A DNA stretch of 64,000 nt from Mobula hypostoma (taxonomy: Eukaryota): the NCBI RefSeq assembly GCF_963921235.1, contig NC_086108.1:109618001-109682000 (forward strand), given 5' to 3'. Positions 25,470-37,727 of this stretch are shown here, piece by piece. The notes beneath the pieces are model-generated. The model searched no databases. It had not been told where the DNA came from and saw nothing but the letters and a program-made list of their open reading frames with translations. Positions within the stretch are counted from its first letter, which is position 1, and each line of letters opens with the position of its first letter. Position numbers and translations under genes: made by a program.

Positions 25470-27389
25470 GGATAAAGAAGTTCAACTCCTGAAATTAATC
25501 AAAAGAAAAACAAGGGAAAGCCAGGAATAATGTGGGTCTAGCTTTGTTTTTTTTTTATTTTAGTGAGACATGCACATATGGCATGGTAGCGTCATGACGT
25601 ATGCCATTTACATAGTTTTAGAAACCATAGAACCATAGAACCATAGAAAATACAGCACAGAAACAGGCCTTTTGGCCCTTCTTGGCTGTGCCGAACCATT
25701 TTCTGCCTAGTCCCACTGACCTGCACACGAACCATATCCCTCCATACACCTCCCATCCATGTATCTGTCCAATTTATTCTTAAATGTTATAAAAAAGACC
25801 CGCATTTACCACCGAAGCCACCCCCCCCCCAGTGTTCCCTTTAAACTTTTCCCCCCTCACTCTTAACCCATGTCCTCTGGTTTTTTTCTCCCTTTGCCTC
25901 AGTGGAAGAAGCCTGCTTGCATTCACTCTATCTATACCCATCATAATTTTATATACCTCTATCAAATCTCCCCTCATTCTTCTATGCTCCAGGGAATAAA
26001 GTCCAAACCTATTCAACCTTTCTCAGTAACTCAGTTTCTCAAGTCCCAGCAACATCCTTGTAAACCTTCTCTGCACTCTTTCAACCTTATTAATATCCTT
26101 CCTGTAATTTGGTGACCAGAACTGAATACAATACTCCAGATTCGGCCTCACCAGTGCCTTATACAACCTCATCATAACATTCCAGCTCTTATACCCAATA
26201 CTTTGATTAATAAAGACCAATGTACCAAAAGCTCTCTTTACGACCCTATCTACCTGTGACGCCACTTTTAGGGAATTTTGTACCTGTATTCCCAGATCCC
26301 TCTGTTCCACTGCACTCCTGAGTTCCTTACCATTAACCCTGTATGTTCTACCTTGGTTTGTCCTTCCAAAGTGCAATACCTCACACTTGTCAGTATTAAA
26401 CTCCATCTGCCATTTTTCAGCCCATTTTTCCAGCTGGCCCAAGACCCTCTGCAGGCTCTGAAAACCTTCCTCATTGTCTACTACACCTCCAATCTTTGTA
26501 TCATCAGCAAACTTGCTGATCCAATTTACCACATTATCATCCAGATCATTGATATAGATGACAAATAACAATGGACCCAGCACTGATCCCTGTGGCACAC
26601 CACTAGTCACAGGCCTCCACTCAGAGAAGCAATTCTCTACCACCACTCTCTGTCTTCTTCCATCGAGCCAATGTCTAATCCAATTTACCACCTCTCCATG
26701 TATACCTAGCGACTGAATTTTCCTAACTAACCTCCCATGCGGGACCTTGTCAAAGGTTTTACTGAAGTCCATGTATACAATATCCACTGCTTTCCCTTCA
26801 TCCACTTTCCTGGTAACCTCCTCGAAAAACTCCAATAGATTGGCCAAACATGACCTACCATGCACAAAGCCATGTTGACTCTCCCTAATAAGTCCCTGTT
26901 TATCCAAATGCTTGTAGATTCTGTCCCTTAGTGCTCCCTCCAATAATTTACCTACTACTGACATTAAACTTACCGGCCTATAATTTCCCGGATTACTTTT
27001 CGATCCTTTTTTAAACAATGGAACAACATGAGCCACTCTCCAATCCTCCAGCACCTCACCTGTAGACAGCGACATTTTAAATATTTCTGCCAGGGCCCCT
27101 GCAATTTCAACACTAGTCTCCTTCAAGGTCCGAGGGAACACCCTGTCAGGTCCCGGGGATTTATCCACTCTAATTTTCCTCAAGATAGCAAGCACCTCCT
27201 CCTTTTCAATCTGTACAGTTCCCATGATCTCACTGCTTGTTTCCCCTAATTCCATAGACTTCATGCCAATTTCCTTAGTACTTTTACATATAATCCACAA
27301 TGAATTATTTAACCAAACAACAGGTGCTTGATCAAACAATATATTTACAATATTACTTAGGATATTACTGAAATATTAAATACACAACA
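25470..27389. mobile_element. Degenerate copy of the 233-bp LTR-like element (see 62581), split by a CR1
   Basis: catggtagcgtcatgacgtatgc on the left of the CR1 and ..ttactgaaatattaaatacacaaca on the right both match 62581-62813. Confidence 0.7.
25620..27279 (-). mobile_element. CR1 subfamily A, RT domain to tail
   Basis: 438-aa RT ORF 26023-27339; (ACCATAGA)n tail. Confidence 0.97.
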
Positions 27390-27479
27390 GGCATCTTCTC
27401 AGTTTTTATCAATGCACCTTAGAAAGCATTCTGTCTAGCTGCATCACAGCCTGTTATGGCCACCGCTCTGCCCATGAGC

Positions 27480-28440
27480 GCTCCCACATGTGGTTTAGCT
27501 ACACGCGAGGAACTGTTACTACTGACAGGAGAAGAACATAGAATAGTGTAGCATATTACAGGCCCTTCGGCCCACAATGTTGTGCCGACCCTCAAACCCT
27601 GCCTCCCATATAACCCCCCCATCTTAAATTTCTCCATATACCTGTCTAGTAATCTCTTAAACTTCACTAGTGTATCTACCTCCACCACTGACTCAGGCAG
27701 TGCATTCCATGCACCAACCACTCTCTGAGTAAAAAACCTTCCTCTAACATCCCCCTTGAACTTCCCACCCCTTACCTTAAAGCCATGTCCTCTTGTATTG
27801 AGCAGTGGTGCCCTGGGGAAGAGGCGCTGGCTATCCACTCTATCTATTCCTCTTAATATCTTGTATACCTCTATCATGTCTCCTCTCATCCTCCTTCTCT
27901 CCAAAGAGTAAAGCCCTAGCTCCCTTAATCTCTGATCATAATGCATACTCTCTAAACCAGGCAGCTTCCTGGTAAATCTCCTCTGTACCCTTTCCAATGC
28001 TTCCACATCCTTCCTGTAGTGAGGAAGGGATAAGGGACAAAGGTGAGTCACTGGTGCCTTAAAACCAGTCGCGTCAGGCAGATGAGGCTCATCAGCCGTG
28101 GGTGGCAGCTCATCAAGGAGAAGGAAAATTCCGATCTCAAATTTCCACTGCATTGTGGCTATACTGACTCATGGAGAAGACTTCAGGAGTAAATCTTGAG
28201 GAAAAATCTGGAGCTGAGGTCCATAAGGCAGTTCCATGTTGAGTTCAACACTGACTGGCAACTCCTGGTGCCAAGCTGTATCAGTCTCTGCCATTCCTTT
28301 GGATTCATCAGCTGCGCGGAGAGGGGGAGCTTGCTACATGGGCAACAGCTCGCTCCCCGTATCGTACTGCCCTGGCTTGTGTATGACAAAGATAGCTAAG
28401 ACACAACATCCATGGTTGACCCCGACCAACAGAGGGTATC
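27480..28440 (+). mobile_element. RTE-like short element interrupted by a CR1 subfamily B fragment (about 27533-28024, minus strand)
   Basis: ctactgacaggagaag | CR1 | aagggacaaaggtgagtcactgg..ggcagctcatcaaggagaaggaaaat. Confidence 0.75.
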
Positions 28441-28898
28441 GAGGCTCAATTTACCAGGGACGCTTCACCAGTCCAACCTGGAGAGAGTCAAGAGTCATAG
28501 AACACTACAATACAGAGACAGGCCCTTCAGACCACCAATCTGTGTTGAACTATTAACCTGCCTAATCCCATCGACCTGCATTCAGACCATACCCTTCCTA
28601 TCCATGTACCTATCCAAATTTCTGTTAAAAACTGAAACCAAACTCACATCCACTGGCAGTTCATTCCACACTCTCACTGTCCTCTCAGTCAAGAAGTTCC
28701 CCATTATGTTCCCATTAAACATTTTACTTTTAACCTTTAATCCATGGCCTCTAGTTCTAGCCTTTCCCAACCCAACAACAGGATCCAAGAAGTTCTGCAG
28801 ATGCTGGAAATCTTGAGTACACACAGAAAATGCTGGGAGAACTCAGCAATCAACTCACCCTGAAATGATGTTGCCTGATTTGCTGAGTTCCTCTAGCA

Positions 28899-29117
28899 CA
28901 GGTGTTCTTGGCCTTTTCCATTCCATGAACCCCTTTGTTAATCCAGTGAAGCCTATGGACCCCTTCACAGTATAATGTATTTAAAAATAGACAATAAAAT
29001 ACATAGGATTACAAAATAAATCAGTTATATTGAAATATAGTTATCAAAGTATTAAAAAAACAAATTTCTGATATAGTTATATATGTGCTTCTTTGTTAAT
29101 ACATTAAGTAACAAGAT
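28899..29117 (+). mobile_element. hAT-Charlie (Charlie4-like) left end
   Basis: CAGG start after an 8-bp CTCTAGCA (Charlie-type NTCTAGAN target). gtgaagcctatggaccccttc..aataaaatacataggattacaa.. matches my recollection of the Charlie4a consensus. Confidence 0.65.
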
Positions 29118-29119
29118 AG

Positions 29120-29598
29120 AAGCTCCCACTACCGATTAAATGCTCCCAATTGCGGGCATCTCAAATAGCCTCTGACAGCCAAGTACAGCTCCTGACATTC
29201 ACGTGTGGCTTAACCACTGAGCCTGACAGAGCCGTTTCTACTGACAGGAGAAGAGGCAGAAGTGGGTCACTGGCGCTTTAAATCCAGTCGCTTCAGGTAG
29301 ACGGGGTTCATCACCCGTGGCTGGCAGCTCACCTTGGAGAAGGAAAGCTGCCATCTCAAAGCTCTGCTGCCTTGCGGTTATACCCACTCACTGGGAAGGC
29401 TTCCGGAGTAAACGTCAGGGGAAGGGTCCAGAGCTAGGGTCCCGAAGGCAGTCCTACGTTGAGTTCATCAGATGCGTGGAGAGGGGGAGCGTGCTACGCG
29501 GGCAACAGCTTGCTCTCCATATTGTACTCCCCTGGCTTACGTATCTAGACAGCGAGGACACAACATCCATGGTTGACATTGACCGACGGGGGTCTCTC
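29120..29598 (+). mobile_element. Non-coding RTE-like short element
   Basis: Colinear with 48150-48660 and 27480-28440; carries the RTE 5'-UTR-like ggcagctcaccttggagaaggaaa motif. Confidence 0.7.
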
Positions 29599-29689
29599 AA
29601 ATATCAAAATTTTCGGACCCCTCACTACATGTGACAATAATAATAAACCAATGTCTAATGTTTTCACAACGTTTCTCACAGGCAAGAGA

Positions 29690-30075
29690 TTTATTTATTT
29701 AGTGGTACAGCATGGAGTAAGCCCTTCTGGCCCTTCAAGCTCTGTCAGCCCAACAGCCCCACAATCACGATTAACCCTAACCTAATCACAGCACAATTTA
29801 CAATCACCAATTAACATTAACTATCGATTTGTAATGCAGGGAGAGGGAAGCACAGAATCAAATATCGCTGTGATGATTGTACGTTCTAGTGTCAATTGTT
29901 TGGCGACAATAAAGTGTAAAGTATCCTGGATTGTGGGAGGAAACCAGCAAACCCTGGGAAAACCCACGCATTCCACGGGGAGGACGTACAGAGACTCCTT
30001 ACGCAACAGCGCCAGGACTGAAGTCTGAAATCCAGAACGCCACAAGATGTAATAGCGTAGCACTAGCCACCATGG
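29690..30075 (-). mobile_element. V-SINE/HE1-like SINE
   Basis: tgtgggaggaaaccagcaaaccctgggaaaacccacgcattcc core; CR1-like 3' tail. Confidence 0.65.
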
Positions 30076-30584
30076 CTTGCACGCGTGATTGTTGTTTATT
30101 AAATAACGTCCTTTTTTTGTCATTCAGAATGAAAGCTTACTATTCTGATTTTTCTCTGATGTAGTCTGTATTTTCGAGAGTACTACTCCCCCCACCACCC
30201 CCCAACTAGGATTTCCACTACTTAATTTTAACAACTCAAAATTAAGCCTGGGAGGGGCAAAGAAAACAAACAGCTTGTTAACTTTGCAATAAAAAGGGTC
30301 TTTGGGCAGCCCTATTTCTATTGACTGCTTCAAAGATTAATGGTCGATGTCAGAATGGCTCTAAACCCCAGCTGAGTTGTGAGAGGTTCCATGTATGGCC
30401 CAGTATGTGGGAAATAAAACTATGATGCCAAAAACAAACCGTACAAGTTATAAAACTGAACTTGGTGTCCGCCATCATTAATCCTTCCACTGCCACTGTC
30501 AAAAAGTTCAAAGTTCAAGGTAAATTCATTGTTAAAGTGCATATACAGTATGTCACCATATACAACCCCAGATTCCTTTTTTTT

Positions 30585-31519
30585 GCGGCCATACAAGCTC
30601 CTGGGACTTGATCTAAACATCAAGAAAACCCAAGTCCTGCATCAACCTGCTCCAGATCAAGCTCCTAAACCTAACCCTAACCCTCCAACCATCCAAGTTG
30701 ACTATGTCCCTCTGGAGACCAAAGATCATTTCCCATACCTTGGCAGCTTTCTTTCTTCAAGAGCCAACCTTGACCTTGAAATAAATCACAGCTGTGTGAA
30801 AGAGAGTTTTTGGAGATCAGGATATCAAGACTAACACTGAGCTTCTGGTCTATAAAGCTATAGTCCTCCCTTCCTTGCTATATGGAGTGGAGTCATGGAC
30901 AGCATACAGCAGGCACATAAAATCCCTGGAAACTTACATCGAAGATGCCTCAGAAAGATTCTGAGTTAGCTGGAAGAACAGGCGTACTAACTCCAGCATC
31001 CTGGAGGAAGTTAACATTAAAACCATAGCCACAATCGTGACTCAACACTGATTGTGATGGGTCGGCCACATTATCGATATGCCTGACTCCTGCTTCCCTA
31101 AACAATTCCTGTTCGGCCAACTCAAGGATGCAAAGCGCACTCCTGGAGGGCAGAGAAAGCGGTTCAAGGAGACGATCAAGACCCAGCTGAGGAAGTGCCA
31201 CAGCAACCTGAGTGGGTGGGAGAAATTAATACAGGGAGGGAAAGCTGGAGAAGGACTGTCTATGAGAGGATTGCACAGCTCGAAGAATATCTTCACCGTC
31301 CCACTGAGACTAAGCACCTTCAACGTAAGGAGAGACTGGGAAAGGCCCAACCAGTTACATCCATCACCACCTCAATGACCTACACCTGCCAACACTGCAA
31401 TAGAACTTGTGGATCACAGATCGGCCTCTTCAGTCATCTCAAACCCACGAGTGACCAGATCAACCACCAGGAGAAGAATCATACTCGACTACGAATGATC
31501 ACTCATGATGATGATGATG
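30585..31519 (+). mobile_element. RTE-clade LINE 3' fragment
   Basis: LGLDLNIKKTQVLHQP, FPYLGS, GGQRKRFK, C-terminal CQHCNRTCGSQIGLFSHLK; (GAT)n tail. Confidence 0.88.
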
Positions 31520-33379
31520 ACTGGGGGGGTGTTGTTGAACAGAGGGAGTGAGGGGTACAGGTACAGGGTGTCCTGGGGGGTGTTGTAGAACAGAGGGAGT
31601 GAGGGGTACAGGTACAGGGTGTCCTGGGGAGTGTTGTTGAACAGAGGGAGTGAGGGGTACAGGTACAGGGTGTCGTGGGGGGTGTTGTAGAACAGAGGGA
31701 GAGGAGGGTACAGGTACAGGGTGTCCTGGGGAGTGTTGTTGAACAGAGGGAGTGAGGGGTACAGGTACAGGGTGTCCCGGGTAGTGTTGTTGAACAGAGG
31801 GAGTGAGGGGTACAGGTACAGGGTGTCCCGGGGAGTGTTGTTGAACAGAGGGAGTGGGGGGTACAGGTACAGGATGTCCTGGGCAGTGTTGTAGAACAGA
31901 GGGAGTGAGGGGTACAGGTACAGGGTGTCCCGGGGAGTGTTGTTGAACAGAGGGAGTGGGGGGTACAGGTACAGGATGTCCTGGGCAGTGTTGTAGAACA
32001 GAGGGAGTGAGGGGTACAGGTACAGGGTGTCGTGGGGGGTGTTGTAGAACAGAGGGAGAGGAGGGTACAGGTACAGGGTGTCCTGGGGAGTGTTGTTGAA
32101 CAGAGGGAGTGAGGGGTACAGGTACAGGGTGTCCCGGGTAGTGTTGTTGAACAGAGGGAGTGAGGGGTACAGGTACAGGGTGTCATGGGGGGTGTTGTAG
32201 AACAGAGGGAGAGGAGGGTACAGGTACAGGGTGTCCTGGGGAGTGTTGTTGAACAGAGGGAGTGAGGGGTACAGGTACAGGGTGTCCCGGGGGGTGTTGT
32301 TGAACAGAGGGAGTGAGGGGTACAGGTACAGAGTGTCCCGAGGAGTGTTGTTGAACAGAGGGAGTGAGGGGTACAGGTACAGGGTGTCCTGGGGAGTGTT
32401 GTTGAACAGAGGGAGTGGGGGGTACAGGTACAGGGTGTCGTGGGGGGTGTTGTAGAACAGAGGGAGTGAGGGGTACAGGTACAGGGTGTCCCTGGGAGTG
32501 TTGTTGAACAGAGGGAGTGGGGGTACAGGTACAGGATGTCCTGGGGAGTGTTGTTGAACAGAGGGAGTGAGGGGTACAGGTACAGGGTGTCCCGGGGGGT
32601 GTTGTTGAACAGAGGGAGTGAGGGGTACAGGTACAGAGTGTCCCGAGGAGTGTTGTTGAACAGAGGGAGTGAGGGGTACAGGTACAGGGTGTCCTGAGGA
32701 GTGTTGTTGAACAGAGGGAGTGGGGGGTACAGGTACAGGGTGTCGTGGGGGGTGTTGTAGAACAGAGGGAGTGAGGGGTACAGGTACAGGGTGTCCCTGG
32801 GAGTGTTGTTGAACAGAGGGAGTGAGGGGTACAGGTACAGGGTGTCGTGGGGGGTGTTGTAGAACAGAGGGAGTGGGGGGTACAGGTACAGGATGTCCTG
32901 GGGAGTGTTGTTGAACAGAGGGAGTGGGGGGTACAGGTACAGTGTGTCCTGGGGGGTGTTGTAGAACAGAGGGAGTGGGGGGTACAGGTACAGAGTGTCC
33001 TGGGGAGTGTTGTAGAGCAGAGGGAGTGAGGGGTACAGGTACTGGGTGTCCTGGGGAGTGTTGTTGAACAGAGGGAGTGGGGGAGTACAGGTACAGGGTG
33101 TCCTGGGGGGTGTTGTTGAACAGAGGGAGTGAGGGGTACAGGTACAGGGTGTCCCTGGGAGTGTTGTTGAACAGAGAGAGTGGGGGGTACAGGTACAGGG
33201 TGTCCTGGGGAGTGTTGTTGAACAGAGGGAGTGAGGGGTACAGGGTGTCCCGGGTAGTGTTGTTGAACAGAGGGAGTGGGGGAGTACAGGTACAGGGTGT
33301 CCCGGGGAATGTCGTTGAACAGAGGGAGTGGGGGGGTACAGGTACAGGGTGTCCCGGGGGGTTTTGTTGAACAGAGGGT
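31520..33379. repeat. Minisatellite, 51-bp unit, about 36 copies
   Basis: Unit ctggggagtgttgttgaacagagggagtgaggggtacaggtacagggtgtc; 17-aa periodicity in the overlapping ORFs. Confidence 0.97.
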
Positions 33380-34790
33380 GGCTATTTATACATGCCTAAG
33401 ACTTTTGCACAGTACTGTACATATAGAATAAGTAGCACATTAAAGGCGAGTAAAACATGGTGAGGTTATGTTTATGCTGCATTGTCCATTCAGGAATTGA
33501 TGTTGGATGGGAAGAAACTGTTTCTAAAATGATGAGTGTGTACAGTACGTCACTGATTTACTCTGCCCAAGTGGCAGTGGGCACGTCCCTCCCCACTACT
33601 AGTCATATCTACAGGAGGTACTGCCTTAAGAAGGCAACGTCCATCATCTTCCCACTACTTACTGACACCGAGTGCACCCAACCAGTCAATATTTCTCACT
33701 CATGTACACCTCTCCAACTATTCCCCCCACATTCCCACCCCCTCCCTCCAAATTTTAGCCCTCACCCACACACTAGGGACATTCAAGAACCTGCTCGTCC
33801 CTGGGACACACAAATGAAGTAGTCTATTTAGCGGAAAGTGGAGCAAAAAGGGAAATGTTCAGACCGCAATTTTTGTGGTTCTTTTCTACTTACAAGCTTC
33901 AAGTTCTCCTGGCAAGAGTGCTGAAAGTATCTTGTAAGCAGCTATCCATTTTTCGCAGGGACAAAGTCACTTCGGCATAAGAGAGAGTACTGTATCCAGG
34001 ACAAGGAAAACTGGCTGTTGAGTTAACGGGTGATCCACGTTAATGATTGCAAATGTGAGTTACGGCCCAGATGTAAAAGGCATCAGGTGCATTTCAGCAC
34101 TCTGAGCCTGCAATCATTATTTCTTTATTTATGCATATTTTCAGTATTATTTCGGAGACGGCTACAAGGGCAAGTGCGACTATAGGGGCTTGCTGTGCCC
34201 CTCGGAGGCATTACTTCAGTCATCAGTCACAGACTCTCACCAGCATTTGAACCATACAACTTTGGCAATAAATTCAGCATGGTAAAAAGTTACTAACAGC
34301 CTCCAACACCACCGTGTTCCGACACAACGTTTTTTATTACAAGTAATTTTTACTGAGCTTTTCAGACAGGGCGAGTTGCAGTAAAATTTACTGAACCTGC
34401 CTGCAGCTTTGATGTGCCGATTGTTAAATCTGCTTCATTTCTTGCTCACAGTGTATCTGTTACCCCATGGCTGGCGCTTTACTGCTTATGGAGACTTGCC
34501 TCATTCTGTAGCGTGCATTAAATGAGAACACTGTCGTAACTGTATGCAGACAGTCACTGCTTCCCAGAAATGCATGTTTCACCAGTGAAGACTTAAATGA
34601 TATATAAAGAGAAACTATTTCCAGTGTAGGTAACTTGCAAATCACCTCTTCTCTTCTTTTCCTTCATAGTCATAGAGCACTACAGTGCAGGAACGGGCTC
34701 TTCGGCCTTTCCATGCCAGCCTGCTCCCCTGTCTAAAGACCTAATGAAGAGTCTCGACTCAAACATCACTCTTTATTCATCTCCATCGAT

Positions 34791-35213
34791 GTCTTGGGTA
34801 GTGGGTAGTTGCTCCATATGTCACTATTACAGGGCGTGACGACCCTGCCTTACTCAAGCCCCAGGCTCAGCTGGCTCCGGCTGACAGTACCTGGCATGGG
34901 CCCCTATCCAGGGTTGCGGATCCCACTGCCTTGTGGGTATCTTCGGGAGAAGAGAAGGCTAAGGAGTAAACCCTACACAAATCCGGAGTGGAGCCCCTAA
35001 GGCGGTTGGATGACGTATCACGTCACCTCCCGGCAGCTCCTGCAGCCAAGCTGATGCCAAATGTACTGCTTCACATTCCTTTGGACCACATCTGCAAGGC
35101 CGAGAGGGGGATCTCGATGTCTGGGCAGCCCAGGATCTCCATATTCATCACCCAGGTCTGCACCCTGAGGGGCGCATCCATTGTCACTTAGACAGACGGA
35201 GCCATGATGATGA
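34791..35213 (+). mobile_element. RTE-like SINE (second subfamily) with (GAT)n tail, inserted in a PLE terminal repeat
   Basis: Shares ctgccttg, ggagtaaaccc, ccctaaggc, cattcctttgga and gagaggggg with the 29120 family. Flanks ..ctccatcgatg | gatgttgcctcacctgctga rejoin into the PLE repeat. Confidence 0.6.
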
Positions 35214-35366
35214 GATGTTGCCTCACCTGCTGATCTTCTCCAGCATTTCTTACGTGTTGCTCCTGTCTGAAGAATTCTTTTAAAATTATAACTTTTATTT
35301 GTCACATGTAAATGGAGACATACAGTGAAATGTGTCATTTGCATCAACGGCTAACACAGTCTGAGG

Positions 35367-36168
35367 ATACAGACAAGTGTGAGGTATTGTTACTTTGGAA
35401 GGACAAACCAAGGTAGAACATACAGGGTTAATGGTAAGGCACTGAGGAGTGCAGTAGAACAGAGGGATCTGGGAATACAGATACAAAATTCCCGAAAAGT
35501 GGCGTCACAGGTAGACAGGGTCGTAAAGAGAGCTTTTGGTACATTGGCCTTTATTAATCAAAGTATTGAGTATAAGAGCTGGAATGTTATGATGAGGTTG
35601 TATAAGGCATTGGTGAGGCCGAAACTGGAGTATTGTGTTCAGTTTTGGTCACCAAATTACAGGAAGGATATAAGTAAGGTTGAAAGAGTGCAGAGAAGGT
35701 TTACAAGGATGTTGCTGGGACTTGAGAAACTCAGTTACAGAGAAAGGTTGAATAGGTTAGGACTTTATTCCCTGGAGCATAGAAGAACGAGGGGAGATTT
35801 GATAGAGGTATATAAAATTATGATGGGTATAGATAGAGTGAATGCAAGCAGGCTTTCCACTGAGGCAAGGGGAGAAAAAACCAGAGGACATGGGTTAAGG
35901 GTGAGAGGGGAAAAGTTTAAAGGGAACATTGGGGGGGCACTTCTTCACACAGAGAGTGGTGGGAGTATGGAATGAGCTGCCAGACAAGGTGGTAAAAGTG
36001 GGTTCTTCTTTAACATTTAAGAATAAATTGGACAGATACATGGATGGGAGGTGTATGGAGGAATATGGTCCGTGTGCAGGTCAGTGGGACTAGGCAGAAA
36101 ATGGTTCGGCACAGCCAAGAAGGGCCAAAAGGCCTGTTTCTGCGCTGTAGTTTTTCTATGGTTTCTAT
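35367..36168 (+). mobile_element. CR1 subfamily A 3' fragment
   Basis: Nearly identical to 15100-15886. Confidence 0.95.
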
Positions 36169-36199
36169 GTGCTGGAGACAGCCTGCAAATGGCGCCTTG

Positions 36200-36500
36200 C
36201 TTCGGGCACTAACAATACACCACTGACGTTCAGGGCAGCAGTGAAAGTCCTCCATCTCTGGCAGTGTTCAGGGCTTCCTTCACCATGTCAGTAGCTTCCT
36301 CTTGGTTTTCATTACTGTCAGTCATGCAAGCCCCAGGTGGAGACTCAGGAATATTTTCGCAATCAGATGTAGAAGGAACCTTCATTGCTGTCACCATAAC
36401 AATTTTGTGTAACCAGTAAGGGCTGAACTGCTGAACCTGGAGGACCAGTGGACCACTCTTAGTCTAGACTTTAACCTTTGACCTGTCTGGCATGGTGACA
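36200..36500 (-). mobile_element. Bipartite non-autonomous RTE-like element
   Basis: RTE 5'-like gccagacaggtcaaagg..ggtcctccaggtt joined to a 3'-like agatggaggactttcactgctgccct. Confidence 0.45.
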
Positions 36501-37374
36501 CCTCTAGAACTAGAGGTGATAGGTTAAGGGTGAAAGATGAAATGTTTGAGGGGAACATGAGGGGGACTTCTTCACTCAGAGGGAGGTGAGAGTGTGGAAT
36601 GAGCCGCCAGCAGAAGTGATGGATGTGGATTTGGTTGCAAAATTTCAGAGAAATTTAGGTAATTACATGAAAGTTCGGAGCATGGAGGACTGTAGTCCAT
36701 GTGCGGGTAGATGGGGCCAGACAAAAAAAAACAGTTTAGCGCAGGCCATATGTCTGAAGGGCCTGTTTCCCTGCTGAGGTGTTCTATGACTCGATGACTC
36801 AAAGAAGTCCGATTCCTCTCATGTTCCCCTTAAACTCAAAGAAGTCCCATCCCTCTCGCGTTCCCCTTAAACATTACATCTTTCATCTTAAACTTATCAA
36901 CTCTAGTTCTAGTCTCACCCAACCCCAGTGGAAAAAAACCTGCTTTCATTTATCCTGTCTATGCTACACCTAATTTTGTATACCTCTATCAAATCTCCCT
37001 TCAAGCTCCTGTGCTCCAGGGAATAAAGTCCTAACCTGATCGACCTTTCCCTATAACTTGGGCCCTCAAGTCCTGGTAGCACACTTGTAAAATTTCACTG
37101 CATCAGACATTTCATACAAAATTGAGGGGTCTCAGCCTGAAAGATCAACACTTTATTTCCCTCCATCGATGCTGCCTGACCTGCTGAGTTTCTCCAGCAT
37201 TTGTGTGTGGTCTTCATGGTTAATAAAAGCCTTGGTTCTTCAAGATGCTTCCAGGGAAAACAAAATCTTGTAACAATCAGGCAGCAATTGGTATGATATT
37301 TCTATGCAGGGATGGTGACATTTGGTCCTCCTATGCTAGTCCTGACATTGTCAAATGTAACATTGGTATTCACG

Positions 37375-37442
37375 CAGTACTGTGTAAAAGTCTTAGGTAC
37401 ATATACTGTAGCTTGGGTGCCTAAGACTTTTGCACAGTTCTG
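37375..37442. mobile_element. 68-bp palindromic Tc1/mariner-type MITE
   Basis: TIR cagtactgtgtaaaagtcttaggtac / gtgcctaagacttttgcacagttctg; half copies at about 33393, 37634 and 39528. Confidence 0.75.
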
Positions 37443-37727
37443 TATTTGCCAACATGGATCTGTAAATCTGACAGGAGCAAAGGAGGGTGGGAATGGTGAG
37501 TGTGGAGCATGGTGGGAGGGGAGAGGGACAGTCCACAATAGAGACCCATATCAGAATCAGGTTAATCATCAGTCACGTAAGTTATGAGATTTTTTTTTTG
37601 GGACAGCAGTTCAGTGCAATACAAAAAATACTACAGTACTGTGCAAAAGTCTTAGGTACCCTAGCTATATATATATATATATATATATATGGTAAAGAGC
37701 AAAAATAGAATACAGAATATACTGTTT

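Noticed and set aside
31503..33370. Cys/Thr/Pro-rich mucin- or keratin-associated-like ORFs
   Set aside because: They arise from the 51-bp minisatellite; no signal peptide, splice context or unique domain.
31520..33379. CRISPR-like array
   Set aside because: The units are contiguous with no unique spacers, there are no cas genes, and the context is eukaryotic.
33894..34054. Splice-like signals on both strands
   Set aside because: All frames are closed on both strands; this shows such signals can arise by chance.
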